Of a DNA stretch of 64,000 nucleotides, positions 9,082-19,991 are shown one piece after another. This DNA comes from Bdellovibrionales bacterium (GTDB lineage Bacteria; Bdellovibrionota; Bdellovibrionia; Bdellovibrionales; UBA1609). Numbering within the stretch: the first letter of the stretch is position 1; each line of letters opens with the position of its first letter. The stretch spans positions 1,312,001-1,376,000 of the forward strand of contig OZ241877.1 of NCBI GenBank assembly GCA_965203095.1. Reading direction: 5' to 3'. A program made the translations under genes and the position numbers. The notes under the pieces were generated by a model. That model ran no database searches, was not told the origin of the DNA, and was given only the letters and a program-made list of their open reading frames with translations.

Positions 9082-9933
9082 ATGGAGGATAAAATGAACT
9101 CATTAGATCTCACAATTTGGCAAGCCAGTTTAAAGGCTTCTGCTGAGGCTTTATGGACAAAACTTGCAGAGTATGTGCCTAACATTTTTGGGACTATTCT
9201 CTTACTTCTTGTTGGATATTTTGTTTCAAAAATAATAGCCGGCACTTGCCGAAGGATCTTAAAAACAGCTGGTTTAGATAAAATCAGCCAAAAAGTCGGC
9301 CTGCACAGTGGGCTGGAAAAGATGGGCATTCAGCTCAAATCCTCTGAGCTTTTTTCAAAAGCTCTTTTTTGGCTCATTATGTTAATTTTTATCATCTCCG
9401 CCTCAGAGGCTTTAAAACTGACAAAAATCACAGCCACCATTGACGCTTTTGTCCGTTATTTCCCCAACATATTGGGGGCCGGGCTGATTTTTATTTTGGG
9501 TCTTATGTTTGCCCATTTTATCAAAAACATTATTGAGAACTACAGCCAAAAGGCCAATTTAAGTTATGGGAAAGCTTTGTCGGCAGTCATCCACCCCATC
9601 TTGGTTGTGGTTATTACAGTGTTTGCCATCGATCAACTGAAGATAGAAACAGAGCTGTTAAACCGAATCATTGAGATCACTTTGATTTCTGCCGGTGCGG
9701 CATTAGCTCTAAGTTTTGGCTTTGGGGCAAAAGATCTGGCCCGAAACATTATCTCCGGAGCTTACCTCAAAGGGCAATTAAAACCTGGAGATTTTGTTGA
9801 ACTAAAAGATATTAAGGGGCAGATAAAACAAATCGGTTCTATTAACACCACCTTGTCTGCCGAAAGTGGGGAAAAGTATCATATCCCCAACTCCTCTTTT
9901 ACAGAAAATACAGTGAAATCAAAGTCAGGATAA
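9082..9933 (+). CDS. MscS-family mechanosensitive channel (CmpX-like)
   Basis: Repeated YxPNI TM-helix motifs, ALSFGFG..DLARNIISG, IPNS. Confidence 0.8.
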   Translation: MEDKMNSLDLTIWQASLKASAEALWTKLAEYVPNIFGTILLLLVGYFVSKIIAGTCRRILKTAGLDKISQKVGLHSGLEKMGIQLKSSELFSKALFWLIMLIFIISASEALKLTKITATIDAFVRYFPNILGAGLIFILGLMFAHFIKNIIENYSQKANLSYGKALSAVIHPILVVVITVFAIDQLKIETELLNRIIEITLISAGAALALSFGFGAKDLARNIISGAYLKGQLKPGDFVELKDIKGQIKQIGSINTTLSAESGEKYHIPNSSFTENTVKSKSG

Positions 9934-10072
9934 AAGGATCCTCCCTTTTGATTTGTTTTCGGCCCCCCATGCTATGTGGAAAAGCTTGGGATTTTGTGGA
10001 AAAGTAATGTTGATATATGGCAACATACATTACTATTGACAGCTTTTTTTAGCCCCTGATAAGATACAGCTC

Positions 10073-11203
10073 ATGTTAAGGGCTTTGCCTCTGGTTTTCT
10101 GCGTTTTCAGTTTTTCTTCATGGCCTTTAAGCCTGGACTGGTCTGGAGGGGGCCGTTGGGAGGGCTACTATCAAAATTCCCCTGATTCCAGCTGGTATGG
10201 CAATTATCATTTTATTTTACAACCTAAAATTCATGTTGTAGACGGCCTCAATGTCATTGCTCGGTTGAATATGGATTCTGTTGGAGAATCTCGCCTCTCC
10301 TCCTTCTCTTCTTTTGATAGGCAAACGGGCTTTGTTTTTATTTACGGTGGGGATTCTCCAACAAAGCTGAATTTTGAGCCACTGTATTTAAGGCTCTCTC
10401 AATTTTATGTGGATTATCAAGATGAGTTTTTTAGATTACGGTTAGGCCGAGCTGGCTATCATTTTGGATTGGGGACTTCTTATTCAGCAGATAATGATCC
10501 TTTTAAGCATTGGATTAGCTCTCATTATCAGCTGGCTCTTCGTTTAGAGTATGGGCGATTTTATCTCCAGCCGGTGCTTTTTCATAAAAACCAAAGTGCT
10601 GTGGCTTTGGCTCAAGCTGGGTGGTTAAAGGAGCGTTGGGGGGTAGAGGCATTTTTTCAATACGACTTTTCTGCCAGCTCTTTTGTTGAGATTTTTGGCC
10701 AGTATAATTCAGACAGTTGGGAGGCTCAAAGCTCTATATCTTACGGTTTTGGGAAAGAAAAAAACATGGCCTTAGCCATAGAGGCTATAGCTCAAATTCC
10801 TGCAAACTGGCCGATTCACTTAGAGATAAAAAGCGGAGGGGCCTTGGGTCACTTTGCCTTTCACCCCAACTATGATCTGGCCTTGCTGTTTTGGAATCGG
10901 TTGATGAGTGCTCCTGAGGGAGAGGCTCAAGATCCTTCTCCTTCTCAAGTGGCTGAAGGCCGGGTGCAAAAGGGGCTTTACTTTTCCCCTCGCCTGATTT
11001 TTTCCTTTTTTGAGGATCATTTAAAAATAAAACCTTTATTTTTGTTAGTTAGAGATTGGGACAAAAAGAAATTCAACTATGAATTGGATTTGGAAGGGCT
11101 TTATCATTGGAATGAGCAACTCTTCTTTTCCCTAAAGGGGGGAGCACTTTATGAAACGAAACTGAATTTTGCTTTACTGGCTCAGGCCGCCGTCAGCTTC
11201 TGA
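10073..11203 (+). CDS. Predicted outer-membrane beta-barrel protein
   Basis: Signal peptide, alternating beta-strand pattern, C-terminal Phe. Confidence 0.65.
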   Translation: MLRALPLVFCVFSFSSWPLSLDWSGGGRWEGYYQNSPDSSWYGNYHFILQPKIHVVDGLNVIARLNMDSVGESRLSSFSSFDRQTGFVFIYGGDSPTKLNFEPLYLRLSQFYVDYQDEFFRLRLGRAGYHFGLGTSYSADNDPFKHWISSHYQLALRLEYGRFYLQPVLFHKNQSAVALAQAGWLKERWGVEAFFQYDFSASSFVEIFGQYNSDSWEAQSSISYGFGKEKNMALAIEAIAQIPANWPIHLEIKSGGALGHFAFHPNYDLALLFWNRLMSAPEGEAQDPSPSQVAEGRVQKGLYFSPRLIFSFFEDHLKIKPLFLLVRDWDKKKFNYELDLEGLYHWNEQLFFSLKGGALYETKLNFALLAQAAVSF

Positions 11204-11294
11204 ATCTTAGGGCATCATCTCAGAGCTGACATCTTGTAAGACATCTTGTGAGACGGCGGCCTTTTTTTTTATAATCCATACTCTTACTTGGTGT

Positions 11295-12389
11295 TTATAA
11301 GTCTCCCAGCCCCTCTCTCACTTTGTCGTAATCCACTGCGGGAACAGGTGATCCTACAGCCGGAGTGGTTTTTTTAATACTATCTTGCAAGCGATCAATT
11401 CTTGCCAGCAGGCCATCAAAGCCTCTATTCAAATAAAATCTGTCTTTTTGAGCTTGTTCTTGGCTCATAAAATTAGTGATCTGATCCACTTCGCTTTTTA
11501 TCTTGCGAACAAATGCTATTTTTTCTCTTTGAGAATCCAAAACTTCAAAATCATCCTTCCAATGCATATAATTTTTTAAAAGGTTAGCAGAAGCCCGAAC
11601 AGAGAAAGAATATCTATAAGGGTCATTCAATTCCTCTAACAAGCCACCATCCTCTAAGATATAAGAGTCATCTGAAAATGCCGTTTTCCATAGTTCATTT
11701 TTTAAATCACGGTGATAAAACTCTTCAACTTCCACTGGCAATCCCATTTCAGACATTCGGCTCATTTTACAGTCCAAACGTTCTTCTAAATCAAACTCTC
11801 TAAACTCTTGATCTTCCTTGTCCCACTTTCCCTCACAATGCCTTTCTCTGAGTTGAGCCAGTCTTTTTTCTCTATCCTTTTTATTGTATTCTTTTCGTGC
11901 TGTTTCTGTAGAAACTTCAGCCATATCGTAAATTTTGTGAGCTATATCTAAAACTTGTGACATGACCTCTTCTAAGCCCCCTTCAGCTGAAACTTCAGAG
12001 CTTTCTGAAGAGCAATCATTACAAAAATCGGCCTCTGTGGCATGTCGCTTTCTCTCTCTCATAGCTCCTTTCCCTTCAATTTGTAATACTCCACTTTGGT
12101 TTCTGGTCACTGTGACTTGAGTTCTTAAAGTGTAAGAAGCTCCACCGGCTTTTCTTTGTTTCACTTTTACATTGCAGATAAAAGATGTTCTCTCTTTTTT
12201 TAAAATTTGATCTAAACCGTTTTGACAGTTTTTTTGAATTTTTTCTTGAAGATCTTCTGAAGATTCAGAAGAGGATGCCAAAAATAGCATTCCTTGTTGG
12301 CTTTCAAAATAAGCATAAAAAACCATGCCCAAAACCGCCATATTGGAAATACTGAGTGAAAGAATTAAAAACTTTTTCCAAAACCTCAT
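11295..12389 (-). CDS. Hypothetical membrane-anchored/exported protein
   Basis: 364 aa with an N-terminal TM segment and several Cys. Confidence 0.65.
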   Translation of the reverse strand: MRFWKKFLILSLSISNMAVLGMVFYAYFESQQGMLFLASSSESSEDLQEKIQKNCQNGLDQILKKERTSFICNVKVKQRKAGGASYTLRTQVTVTRNQSGVLQIEGKGAMRERKRHATEADFCNDCSSESSEVSAEGGLEEVMSQVLDIAHKIYDMAEVSTETARKEYNKKDREKRLAQLRERHCEGKWDKEDQEFREFDLEERLDCKMSRMSEMGLPVEVEEFYHRDLKNELWKTAFSDDSYILEDGGLLEELNDPYRYSFSVRASANLLKNYMHWKDDFEVLDSQREKIAFVRKIKSEVDQITNFMSQEQAQKDRFYLNRGFDGLLARIDRLQDSIKKTTPAVGSPVPAVDYDKVREGLGDL

Positions 12390-12559
12390 AATTCTAATAT
12401 CGGCAGTTTGTTCTTTTTAATAAAGTTTTTTTGCCCTATATTTTGTAAAAACATATATTTTGATAGGTGAATCACTCAATTTTTAGTTCTTTTGTCCAGT
12501 TTTTGGGCCATATTAGCCTAACAAATAAAATATTTTTCAAAATGGCAGGCGAGTAAACT

Positions 12560-12586
12560 TAAGCCTTAGTGGGATTTTTCCGATAA
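12560..12586 (+). promoter_or_regulatory. Sigma28 (FliA)-like promoter of the tad operon
   Basis: TAAG-N15-TCCGATAA upstream of cpaB. Confidence 0.55.
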
Positions 12587-12660
12587 AAAGATTGAGAACT
12601 GAATGATTTTTGCTTTACCGCAAAACCAGTTCCAAAGTTTTTATAACTTAAGGAGTAAAA

Positions 12661-13482
12661 ATGAATAAAAATGAAACCTTAACTCTTTGGATATCCGTAG
12701 CGGCTGGGCTTTTTGCTACAGTTTTGATTTACAATTACATACAGGACCAAAATGAAGAAACTTCAAAAAAATTTGGTGCTCAAACCACTGTTATTGTGGC
12801 CAGGCAATTCATCAGTGATATGGAAACTGTTCAGGAGGATATGATAGAAATCAAATCTATTCCTGAAGCTTTTGTTCAACCCGGCCATGCCCGACAAGAG
12901 GAAGATGTGGTGGGTTTAGTGGCACTGGCTCCTATAGGAAAAGGGGAGCAAATTTTAAGCAATAAAGTGATTATGCCCGGGCCAGAGACAGGTCTCTCCC
13001 TTCAGGTTTCTCCAGGGAAAAGAGCTGTCACTATCCCCATTAGCGAACACAGAGCAGTGGCTCGCCTTTTAAAACCAGGAGATCGTGTGGATATGCTTGT
13101 AGCTGTTGACCTGAGTGTGGGGACTTCTCAAAAAAGATATATTAAAACCCTTCTTCAAGATATAGTGATTTTGGCCACAGGTTTGAAAGTGGTCAATGAG
13201 CTACCTCGCATTCACGAAGAAGTAGGTGGTGAGCCTTACATTACAAATTTGAGAATGGCAAATGATTTTTCCACCATCACTATTGAGGCCTCTCCAGAAA
13301 ACACTCAAAAAATTATCTATTTGCTGTCCACAAACCCAGAGAGCATATTTTTTACCCTTCGGCACCCTTCAGATAACAGCTTTCTTTCCGCTTTAAAACA
13401 AACAGAGATGGCAGATATTCTTGGAGGAGGCTTGACCCCGCGGAAACCAGCTGGTGGTGCTCCTCCTAAGCTGAAATATTAA
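12661..13482 (+). CDS. cpaB: Flp pilus assembly protein CpaB/RcpC
   Basis: SAF-like region, PGKRAVTI, LLKPGDRVD, LLQDIVILATG. Confidence 0.9.
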   Translation: MNKNETLTLWISVAAGLFATVLIYNYIQDQNEETSKKFGAQTTVIVARQFISDMETVQEDMIEIKSIPEAFVQPGHARQEEDVVGLVALAPIGKGEQILSNKVIMPGPETGLSLQVSPGKRAVTIPISEHRAVARLLKPGDRVDMLVAVDLSVGTSQKRYIKTLLQDIVILATGLKVVNELPRIHEEVGGEPYITNLRMANDFSTITIEASPENTQKIIYLLSTNPESIFFTLRHPSDNSFLSALKQTEMADILGGGLTPRKPAGGAPPKLKY

Positions 13483-13488
13483 GTCTTT

Positions 13489-15015
13489 ATGGCAAATATG
13501 AAAACAAATAAAAAAATTATAAATATCCTGTGTGCACTTTTATTTATCGCTTGGCTGAGTGGCCCTGTAGCCCTCGCCAATAAAGTGGTTAAGAACATAG
13601 ATTACCTTTACATGCATATTGGCTTGCAGATGGATTACCCTCTGCCAGAAGAGTTTAGAAAAGAGCAGTTGAAGTTTGAAGGTAATTATAAAAGATGGAC
13701 CTCTGCTGTTTATAGAAAAGATAAAAATGAAATTCGCTTTACACCTAAAAGGGTAGGTTCTGCCATGTTGATTATAAAAAACAAAAAAAACAAAATCATT
13801 GGGCGACTGAGCATTGATATTCAAAAAGATAATCTACATAAAATTGCCGCAGAACTAAGAGACCTGCTTGTTGCCGTAGATGGAATAGAAATAAAAATTT
13901 ATAACAAAAAAGTAGTGATTGACGGCCAGATTCTTTTCCCTAAGGAGATGGCCCGGATCCAAGCCGTTAAAGCACAGTATGGGGATATTGTGCAAGTTTT
14001 AGTCACTTACAGCCCCTTAGCTCAGAAAAAAATCGCCAGCACTATTGAAAAGGAGATTGGCTACCCGGAAATGACAGTGAGATATGCTTACAACCGCTTT
14101 CTTTTAGAGGGCTGTGTAAGCAGTCAAGAGGAATATAAAAGAGCCCAAAGTATTGCCAACCTCTATACTCAATTTGATTTGTCTCCTGTAGGTGATCAGG
14201 CTTCCCGCCGGCCAGTTTATATAGTAAAAAACGATTTGACCATCCCCTGTGAGTCCGACAAGAAGGACGAGGAGGAAAAGGCACAAAAAAGCGAAATTAA
14301 AAAGCTCATTCAAATTGTGGTTCATTTTGTAGAAATGAATAAGAGCTTTGGGCGAGGCTTTTCATTTCAGTGGTCCCCAGCCATCAATACTGGAGGAACT
14401 CAAATCAATGCTTCAATAGGGAATCAACCTGGTATTCCCAGAGGAATTACATCGGTTTTAACAGCCACAGTGGCTAACTTTTTTCCAAAATTGAATTGGG
14501 CAAAAAAATTTAATTTTGCCAGAGTTCTGCACAACTCCAGTGTATTAGTTCAGAATGAAGAGACAGGAACAATCTCTATGGTGACCACTGTCCCCGATAA
14601 GGTCTCTTCCAGCGGAGACAAGGTTTCCGGTGGGGCCCAGTCCGCCGTCACCACAGCCATAAAACCCAGAATTACTGGCGAGAGGGATAATTTGGTCCAG
14701 ATGGGAGTCAATGTTACAGTGTCTGCTCCTGATGGCAAAGGGGGCGTGACTCAAAAAAGCATTAACACGACCATTCATGTTCAGGACAGCTACAGTGCAG
14801 TGCTTGGTGGAATCATCAGCTCTCATCTTATCAGAAGTTATAATGACCCTCCCCGTGGAGGAGTTGAAGCTGGACTCCCCCTCTTAGATTTGATCTCTGC
14901 AAAAAATTACTCTACTCAAAAATCTCAGTTTGTTGTGTTCATTACTCCTTTAATTAAAAGCTCCTCCAGCTTAGGTGTTGAACGGATCAAGCGTAAATTT
15001 AGGTTAGATGAATAA
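13489..15015 (+). CDS. cpaC: Tad secretin RcpA/CpaC-like with BON-type domains
   Basis: Signal peptide, IQIVVHFVE and QFVVFITP secretin motifs, operon context. Confidence 0.75.
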   Translation: MANMKTNKKIINILCALLFIAWLSGPVALANKVVKNIDYLYMHIGLQMDYPLPEEFRKEQLKFEGNYKRWTSAVYRKDKNEIRFTPKRVGSAMLIIKNKKNKIIGRLSIDIQKDNLHKIAAELRDLLVAVDGIEIKIYNKKVVIDGQILFPKEMARIQAVKAQYGDIVQVLVTYSPLAQKKIASTIEKEIGYPEMTVRYAYNRFLLEGCVSSQEEYKRAQSIANLYTQFDLSPVGDQASRRPVYIVKNDLTIPCESDKKDEEEKAQKSEIKKLIQIVVHFVEMNKSFGRGFSFQWSPAINTGGTQINASIGNQPGIPRGITSVLTATVANFFPKLNWAKKFNFARVLHNSSVLVQNEETGTISMVTTVPDKVSSSGDKVSGGAQSAVTTAIKPRITGERDNLVQMGVNVTVSAPDGKGGVTQKSINTTIHVQDSYSAVLGGIISSHLIRSYNDPPRGGVEAGLPLLDLISAKNYSTQKSQFVVFITPLIKSSSSLGVERIKRKFRLDE

Positions 15016-15033
15016 ATCAGGAGACAGCTAAAA

Positions 15034-17307
15034 ATGAATTTATCTGAAAAATGTCATATTGTGGCCGTCACCGGCGGAAAAGGCGGAGTGGGGAAAAGTG
15101 TTTTGGCGGCGAATTTGGCCTTATCCTTCCAAACAGAGTTTAAAATCCCCGTCTTGCTTATGGACTTAGACAGCAAGAGTTGTGGGGATCAAAATGTGAT
15201 CCTTGGGCTCAGCTCCCGTTTAAATGTGGAGCAGTTTAGTGTTTACAAACAGGCCATTAATCCACAGAGTTTGAAAAAAATTTTAGCCTACCACCCTTCC
15301 GGTATGGCCTACTTGAGTGCTGTTTTGGGCATAGATCAAAAACTCAACAGTGATTTGCAAATGTTTAAAAAGCAAATGTTTCATCTGTCTCAGTTTTTCA
15401 ATTATATAATTGTAGATGTGGGCTGTGATATAGGCCCTTTGCAAGAAGAAATTTTAAATGCGAGCAGTGGGATTTTGCTTGTGACCGCTCCGGAAATTTT
15501 AGCCCTTAACCAAAGTAAAAGAGTCCTTGCCAATTTATCTTACCTGCCCTCCTCTTTGTTTTATGTAGTCATTAACAAAGAGAGCCGGAGGGGCTTAAAT
15601 TCCTCTTTAGTGGCGAGAAATTTGGCCCGCACTTTGTTAAGTGCTTTGCCAGAAGATCCGGCACTGGCGGAGAGCCTGCATTCCTCTAAGCCTTTTGTTT
15701 TGTCACAACCTCATTCTGCTTGGACTAAAGCTTGTTATGAGCTGGCTCGAAAGTTAGGTGGAGGTCTCCTTCAAAAGGGAAAACAAGTGGGGAGAAAAGC
15801 CCTCCCAAAAAAGCCCTCCCCTTCAACTGTGGCAGGTGAAAAAGCCTCCCCTGAACCCACTTCAGAACAAGACAAATTGGACCCTATGACACTTTTTAAA
15901 CTTCAAATTCACTCTGAGCTGATTAAAGAAATGGATTTAAAAAAAGACTTAACTAAGGCCAAAGACCCCGCCTCTAAAAGGGAGCTAAGGCAAAAAACCC
16001 AAACCACTATTGCCCGGTTGGTGGATCTCAGAGGGCAAAACTTTTCCAGAGATGAAAGGAACACAGTTATTACTCATGTTTTAAATGAGGCTTTAGGCTT
16101 AGGGGTTTTAGAGCAGTTGTTAGCGGATTCAGCTGTTTCTGAAGTTATGGTCAATGGCTGTAATCAAATATTTTGTGAAAAAGGAGGGAGACTTCAGCTG
16201 AGTCGTCTGACAGTCACTTCTAACCGGCATTTGAGAAACATTATTGAGAGAATTGTCACCCCCTTAGGCCGAAGGATTGATGAAAAAACCCCTTATGTGG
16301 ACGCTCGGCTGGAGGACGGGAGCCGTGTAAATGCTGTAATAGAACCTTTGGCAATGGATGGCCCTGCCCTTACTATTAGAAAATTTCCCTCAGAGAGAAT
16401 AGTAATGAATGACTTGGTTGCCCGCTTTAAATCTTTAACTGAAGAGATGGGAGGTTTTTTACAGATCTGTGTGGAGCAGGGTTTAAATGTAGTGATTTCC
16501 GGCGGGACCGGGTCGGGAAAAACCACCTTTTTAAATGTTTTATCCAGCTTTATCCCCTCTGGGGAGAGAATCATTACTATTGAAGACGCCGCAGAACTTC
16601 AGCTCAAACAAGATCATGTGGTCCGTTTAGAAACTCGTCCCGCCAATATAGAAGGAGAGGGAGAAGTCAGCATTCGTGATCTGATAAAAAACTCCCTCAG
16701 AATGCGACCCGACCGTATCGTGGTTGGGGAGTGCCGTGACGGGGCGGCTTTAGACATGCTCTCCGCTATGAATACAGGGCACGATGGCTCCTTAACCACA
16801 GTTCATGCCAACAACCCCAGAGAGGCTGTGGCCCGTTTAGAAACTTTATGCCTTATGGCTGGAATGGAACTGCCCGCAAAAGCCATTCGGGAGCAAATTG
16901 CCTCAGCAGTAAATATGATCATTCAAATTGGAAGGCTAAGTGACGGAAGCCGAAAAGTAAAAAGCATTACTGAAGTTGTGGGTATGCAAGGGGATGTTGT
17001 CACTTTGCAGGAGGTTTTTCGCTTTAAAGAGGAAGGCTTTACAAAAGATGGAAAAATTTTAGGGCAGTTTCAAGCTGTGGGAATTATACCTACCTGTATT
17101 GAAAAATTTGAACGAAAAGGAGTCAAAATCCCCCGCTCTCTTTTCACAACAAAGTCCTCTAAGGAGATGAAATCTCCCTCCTTAAGTTTAAAGCCGGGCT
17201 TTAAACGACCACCCTCCTTTACCCCCACCCCTAAGAAGGAAGGGCCAACTCCAGCCTCTTCACCAAAAAAACCTATTCGTCCAGTAATAAAAAAGAGAAT
17301 GATCTGA
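15034..17307 (+). CDS. cpaF: Fused CpaE/TadZ (MinD-like) - CpaF/TadA pilus assembly ATPase
   Basis: N-terminal GGKGGVGKS; C-terminal GGTGSGKTT, LRMRPDRIVVGECR, AMNTGHDG. Confidence 0.92.
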   Translation: MNLSEKCHIVAVTGGKGGVGKSVLAANLALSFQTEFKIPVLLMDLDSKSCGDQNVILGLSSRLNVEQFSVYKQAINPQSLKKILAYHPSGMAYLSAVLGIDQKLNSDLQMFKKQMFHLSQFFNYIIVDVGCDIGPLQEEILNASSGILLVTAPEILALNQSKRVLANLSYLPSSLFYVVINKESRRGLNSSLVARNLARTLLSALPEDPALAESLHSSKPFVLSQPHSAWTKACYELARKLGGGLLQKGKQVGRKALPKKPSPSTVAGEKASPEPTSEQDKLDPMTLFKLQIHSELIKEMDLKKDLTKAKDPASKRELRQKTQTTIARLVDLRGQNFSRDERNTVITHVLNEALGLGVLEQLLADSAVSEVMVNGCNQIFCEKGGRLQLSRLTVTSNRHLRNIIERIVTPLGRRIDEKTPYVDARLEDGSRVNAVIEPLAMDGPALTIRKFPSERIVMNDLVARFKSLTEEMGGFLQICVEQGLNVVISGGTGSGKTTFLNVLSSFIPSGERIITIEDAAELQLKQDHVVRLETRPANIEGEGEVSIRDLIKNSLRMRPDRIVVGECRDGAALDMLSAMNTGHDGSLTTVHANNPREAVARLETLCLMAGMELPAKAIREQIASAVNMIIQIGRLSDGSRKVKSITEVVGMQGDVVTLQEVFRFKEEGFTKDGKILGQFQAVGIIPTCIEKFERKGVKIPRSLFTTKSSKEMKSPSLSLKPGFKRPPSFTPTPKKEGPTPASSPKKPIRPVIKKRMI

Positions 17308-18182
17308 TGAGCCTATTTCACAACACTTGGATTTTAAGTTTAACCATAGGAGCTATAGCTTTTGTGATTTTTTATTTGCAGTCCCATCGCATGCTGGTAT
17401 TTCTTTCTGAAAGAACATTAGGGACACAAGAAGAAATACTGAAAATCATGGACAAACTTTTAATCTCTCAAAACAAGAAAAAATTTAAACGAAATGGCTG
17501 GATCCTGTCCATTAGTTTAAGTTTAATTGTTTTTTTACTTTTGTGGCCCAATGTTATTGTTAGTGTTTTAGCGGGAGCTATAATGTTTATAGGCTCTTGG
17601 TATATGTTAAAAAAACTATTCCAAACCATGTGGAGTAGGCACTGTAATAAAGTGGTGGATCAGTTAGTGGAGGCTTTAACTATCATGTGCAATAGCCTAA
17701 AGGTGGGTTTGAGCTTGGGGCAAGCTATGGAGCGGGTGATTAAAGGCTACCCCGGCCCTTTAGCCAAAGAGTTTGGTTTAGTTTTAAATAAAATGCAGTT
17801 GGGGCAAAATTTAGAGGAATCCTTAGAAGAGATGGCAGAGAGGCTGAAAAAAACAGAGATCGACATGCTGGTAAGCACAGTCAATATTTTAAAAGAAACA
17901 GGAGGCAACTTGGCGGAAACTTTTTTCGTAATGTCAGAAACTTTAAGGGAAAGACAGAAAATGGAAAAAAAGATAAAAGCTTTAACCGCTCAGGGAATGA
18001 TGCAAGCCAAAATAATTTCCGCCATCCCTTTTTTGTTGATAGGCATGTTTTATGTAATGGATAGACCATACATTTCTCCACTGCTTTTTAAGCCTTTGGG
18101 CTGGGTCTGTTTGGCGGTGGTGTTCGCCTTGGTTTTGATTGGTGGTTTTTTAATGAAAAAAATGGTTGAAATTAAGGTTTAA
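17307..18182 (+). CDS. tadB: Tad inner-membrane platform protein TadB
   Basis: ETGGNLAE and KIKALTAQG motifs (T2SS F-family). Confidence 0.88.
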   Translation: MSLFHNTWILSLTIGAIAFVIFYLQSHRMLVFLSERTLGTQEEILKIMDKLLISQNKKKFKRNGWILSISLSLIVFLLLWPNVIVSVLAGAIMFIGSWYMLKKLFQTMWSRHCNKVVDQLVEALTIMCNSLKVGLSLGQAMERVIKGYPGPLAKEFGLVLNKMQLGQNLEESLEEMAERLKKTEIDMLVSTVNILKETGGNLAETFFVMSETLRERQKMEKKIKALTAQGMMQAKIISAIPFLLIGMFYVMDRPYISPLLFKPLGWVCLAVVFALVLIGGFLMKKMVEIKV

Positions 18183-18247
18183 GACTTCACAAAGCCAATA
18201 TTCTTGTTGTAAAATGGCTTTGTTTTATAAAAGGGGGAGGTTTTTTT

Positions 18248-19909
18248 ATGAGGAACTCACTTTTTTTAATCATTCTTTTCCCTCTAATCAGTTGGGGGAT
18301 TGTGGATACCCGGAGTGCCGGATATTCCAAAGCTTTTGTGGATTTTAAATCCCAAGGGACAGGCTATCCTTTTGAAATTAAAAGAACTTACAATAGTCGA
18401 TCTCTTTACAACGGCCTTTTTGGCTTTGGTTGGTGTTCCAATTTAGAGACTCGGCTGAGTGTTCTGCCCGATAACAGCCTAAAGGTGACCGAATGTGGTG
18501 GGGGTATGGAGGTTTTATATCATCCTAAGGGCCAAGTTCCGGACATTGCCTCCCATGTCCAGCACATTTTAACTGAGTTGAAAAAACGAAAAATCAAAAT
18601 TTCAAAAGAAAAATTAAATGCACTTAAGAAAGACCTTTTAAGAAGTCAAAATTTAAGAAGTAGCTTTTTAGAAGATCTCGGCATTAAAGGCAAAGTCCGT
18701 TCCGGTGGGAAATACTATGCTAAAGGTCGTGTTAAGGAGTATATTGTTGTATCGGGGTCCGGCTATGTCCGCCATCTCCCTAATGGTTTGAAAGAGAGGT
18801 TTGATCGCCAGGGACGACTCATTTCGTCTTCTGGTTCCAAAGGGCGAGTGGAGATTTCATGGGGAAACAACAAAATTCAAGTTATGGACGAAAGGGGTCG
18901 CCGGCTCAGTTTTCATTTAGACAAAAAAAGCGGGAAAATTGAAAAGGCTCTATTCCAGGGAAAAGTTGTGGCAAGATACAATTACGAGGGTGAAAATTTA
19001 GTAAAAATCAAAAATAGCTATAATGAGGAGTTTTCGCACCGTTACGATAGCCTTCACAATTTAAGACAAACCACTTACCCGGACAACAGCACAGAGAAAT
19101 TAACTTATAATGTAAAAAAAGATTGGGTAGTGGGCTTTAAGGATCGGAGGGGTTGTGAAGAATCTTACGGCTATGGGGTGAACAAAAAAAATTCCAATCA
19201 TTATTGGGCTACAGTGGAGAAAAAATGTGGCACTCGCATTGTCAACAAAAGCAAGTATGAGTTTTGGCACAGAACTGGGCCTGAAGGGGGGAGATATCTT
19301 CATCGGGCAAGGGCCAAAACCAATGGTCGCCTAAAAACGGATGTGATCTATCACCCGGTTTTTGGAACTCCTGTATCCTTCTTCAAAAATGGAATGAGGA
19401 CGAAACGAAGTTATTATGCCAACGGCTTTTTAAAAGAGAAAGACAACAGGCTTCAAACTGTTAAGTATTCCAAATACCATCAAAAATGCCGGAAACCTGA
19501 ATGGCTTAAAGTGGCTTATAAAGGTCCCTCAGCTGATGGCAAGAAGATAAGAGTTGTTCGAAATGAAAATGTCCAGTTTGTGTTTAACAATAAATGCCTG
19601 CTCACTCAGGTTAAAAAATCCGATGATGAGTGGATTAAAGTGGGCCGTAATTCTAAAGGGCAAATTGTCTCTATGGAAGATCAATCCCGGAAAAAAGTCA
19701 CTTTGGCTTGGCACAAAGTATGGAATAAGCCTTCAGTGATTACCCGTGAGGGGATGGGATCTGTGCGTATTCAGTATGATAAAAATGGCAATGTGAGTGG
19801 TTTTAAAGGGCTGGCTAAGGGGCCTACCGTGATAGCACAGGTGACTTCTGTATTTAACAGTTTTTTAAGTGCTGTGGCACCTGTGGCTGGGGAGATGGCC
19901 ATATTGTAA
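18248..19909 (+). CDS. Secreted RHS/YD-repeat-like protein (Bd0109-like)
   Basis: Signal peptide, RTYNSR..GLFGFGW motif, YD-like repeats; position after tadB. Confidence 0.8.
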   Translation: MRNSLFLIILFPLISWGIVDTRSAGYSKAFVDFKSQGTGYPFEIKRTYNSRSLYNGLFGFGWCSNLETRLSVLPDNSLKVTECGGGMEVLYHPKGQVPDIASHVQHILTELKKRKIKISKEKLNALKKDLLRSQNLRSSFLEDLGIKGKVRSGGKYYAKGRVKEYIVVSGSGYVRHLPNGLKERFDRQGRLISSSGSKGRVEISWGNNKIQVMDERGRRLSFHLDKKSGKIEKALFQGKVVARYNYEGENLVKIKNSYNEEFSHRYDSLHNLRQTTYPDNSTEKLTYNVKKDWVVGFKDRRGCEESYGYGVNKKNSNHYWATVEKKCGTRIVNKSKYEFWHRTGPEGGRYLHRARAKTNGRLKTDVIYHPVFGTPVSFFKNGMRTKRSYYANGFLKEKDNRLQTVKYSKYHQKCRKPEWLKVAYKGPSADGKKIRVVRNENVQFVFNNKCLLTQVKKSDDEWIKVGRNSKGQIVSMEDQSRKKVTLAWHKVWNKPSVITREGMGSVRIQYDKNGNVSGFKGLAKGPTVIAQVTSVFNSFLSAVAPVAGEMAIL

Positions 19910-19991
19910 AAAGTAATCATCCTTGCGAAAGCAGGAATCCAGTAATGAGCCACATTGTAGGAGTTGTTATTTTAAAAAAGTGAGTAATGTA

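Noticed and set aside
19923..19991. N-terminal extension of the hit-like ORF from the TTG at 19923
   Set aside because: That start lies within a palindromic repeat, whereas ATG 19992 gives a clean signal peptide
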